From Heterodontus francisci (Eukaryota): 64,000 bases of DNA. The position numbers were made by a program, and so were the translations under genes. Positions 63,983 through 64,000 of this stretch are shown here, in pieces. Each line of letters begins with the position of its first letter. Within the stretch, counting starts at the first letter, position 1. The notes beneath the pieces are model-generated. The model saw only the letters and a program-made list of their open reading frames with translations. It was not told the DNA's origin and ran no database searches. The DNA lies in NCBI RefSeq assembly GCF_036365525.1, contig NC_090395.1:45390136-45454135 (forward strand), read 5' to 3'.

Positions 63983-64000
63983 GGCACAGTGGTGCAGTGG
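63983..64000 (+). mobile_element. Start of another HE1-like SINE at the window edge
   Basis: ggcacagtggtgcagtgg matches the SINE head. Confidence 0.6.

Overview
Repeat-dense vertebrate genomic DNA, almost certainly from a shark or ray (HE1/V-SINE copies and their HER1/CR1-type partner LINE). The only host coding sequence I can support is one 936-bp minus-strand exon (57779..56844) of a group III metabotropic glutamate receptor, best matching GRM4 (cysteine-rich domain plus TM1-TM6). I did not find the flanking exons, so the rest appears to be GRM4 intron. That intron is filled with nested mobile elements: CR1 and L2 LINEs, a young RTE-clade LINE with an uninterrupted 558-codon frame, V-SINE, Deu-SINE and AmnSINE2-like SINEs, and a decayed Gypsy element whose 3' LTR is split by two MITEs. 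It also holds a large set of GC-rich TIR elements with 3-bp TSDs, plus Myb/SANT gene remnants (PIF/Harbinger), and Penelope-like termini. The most notable signal is a dispersed family of minimal hammerhead ribozyme motifs in those Penelope-like termini. One copy has an intact catalytic core on the GRM4 sense strand. All family assignments come from visual recognition, not database searches.
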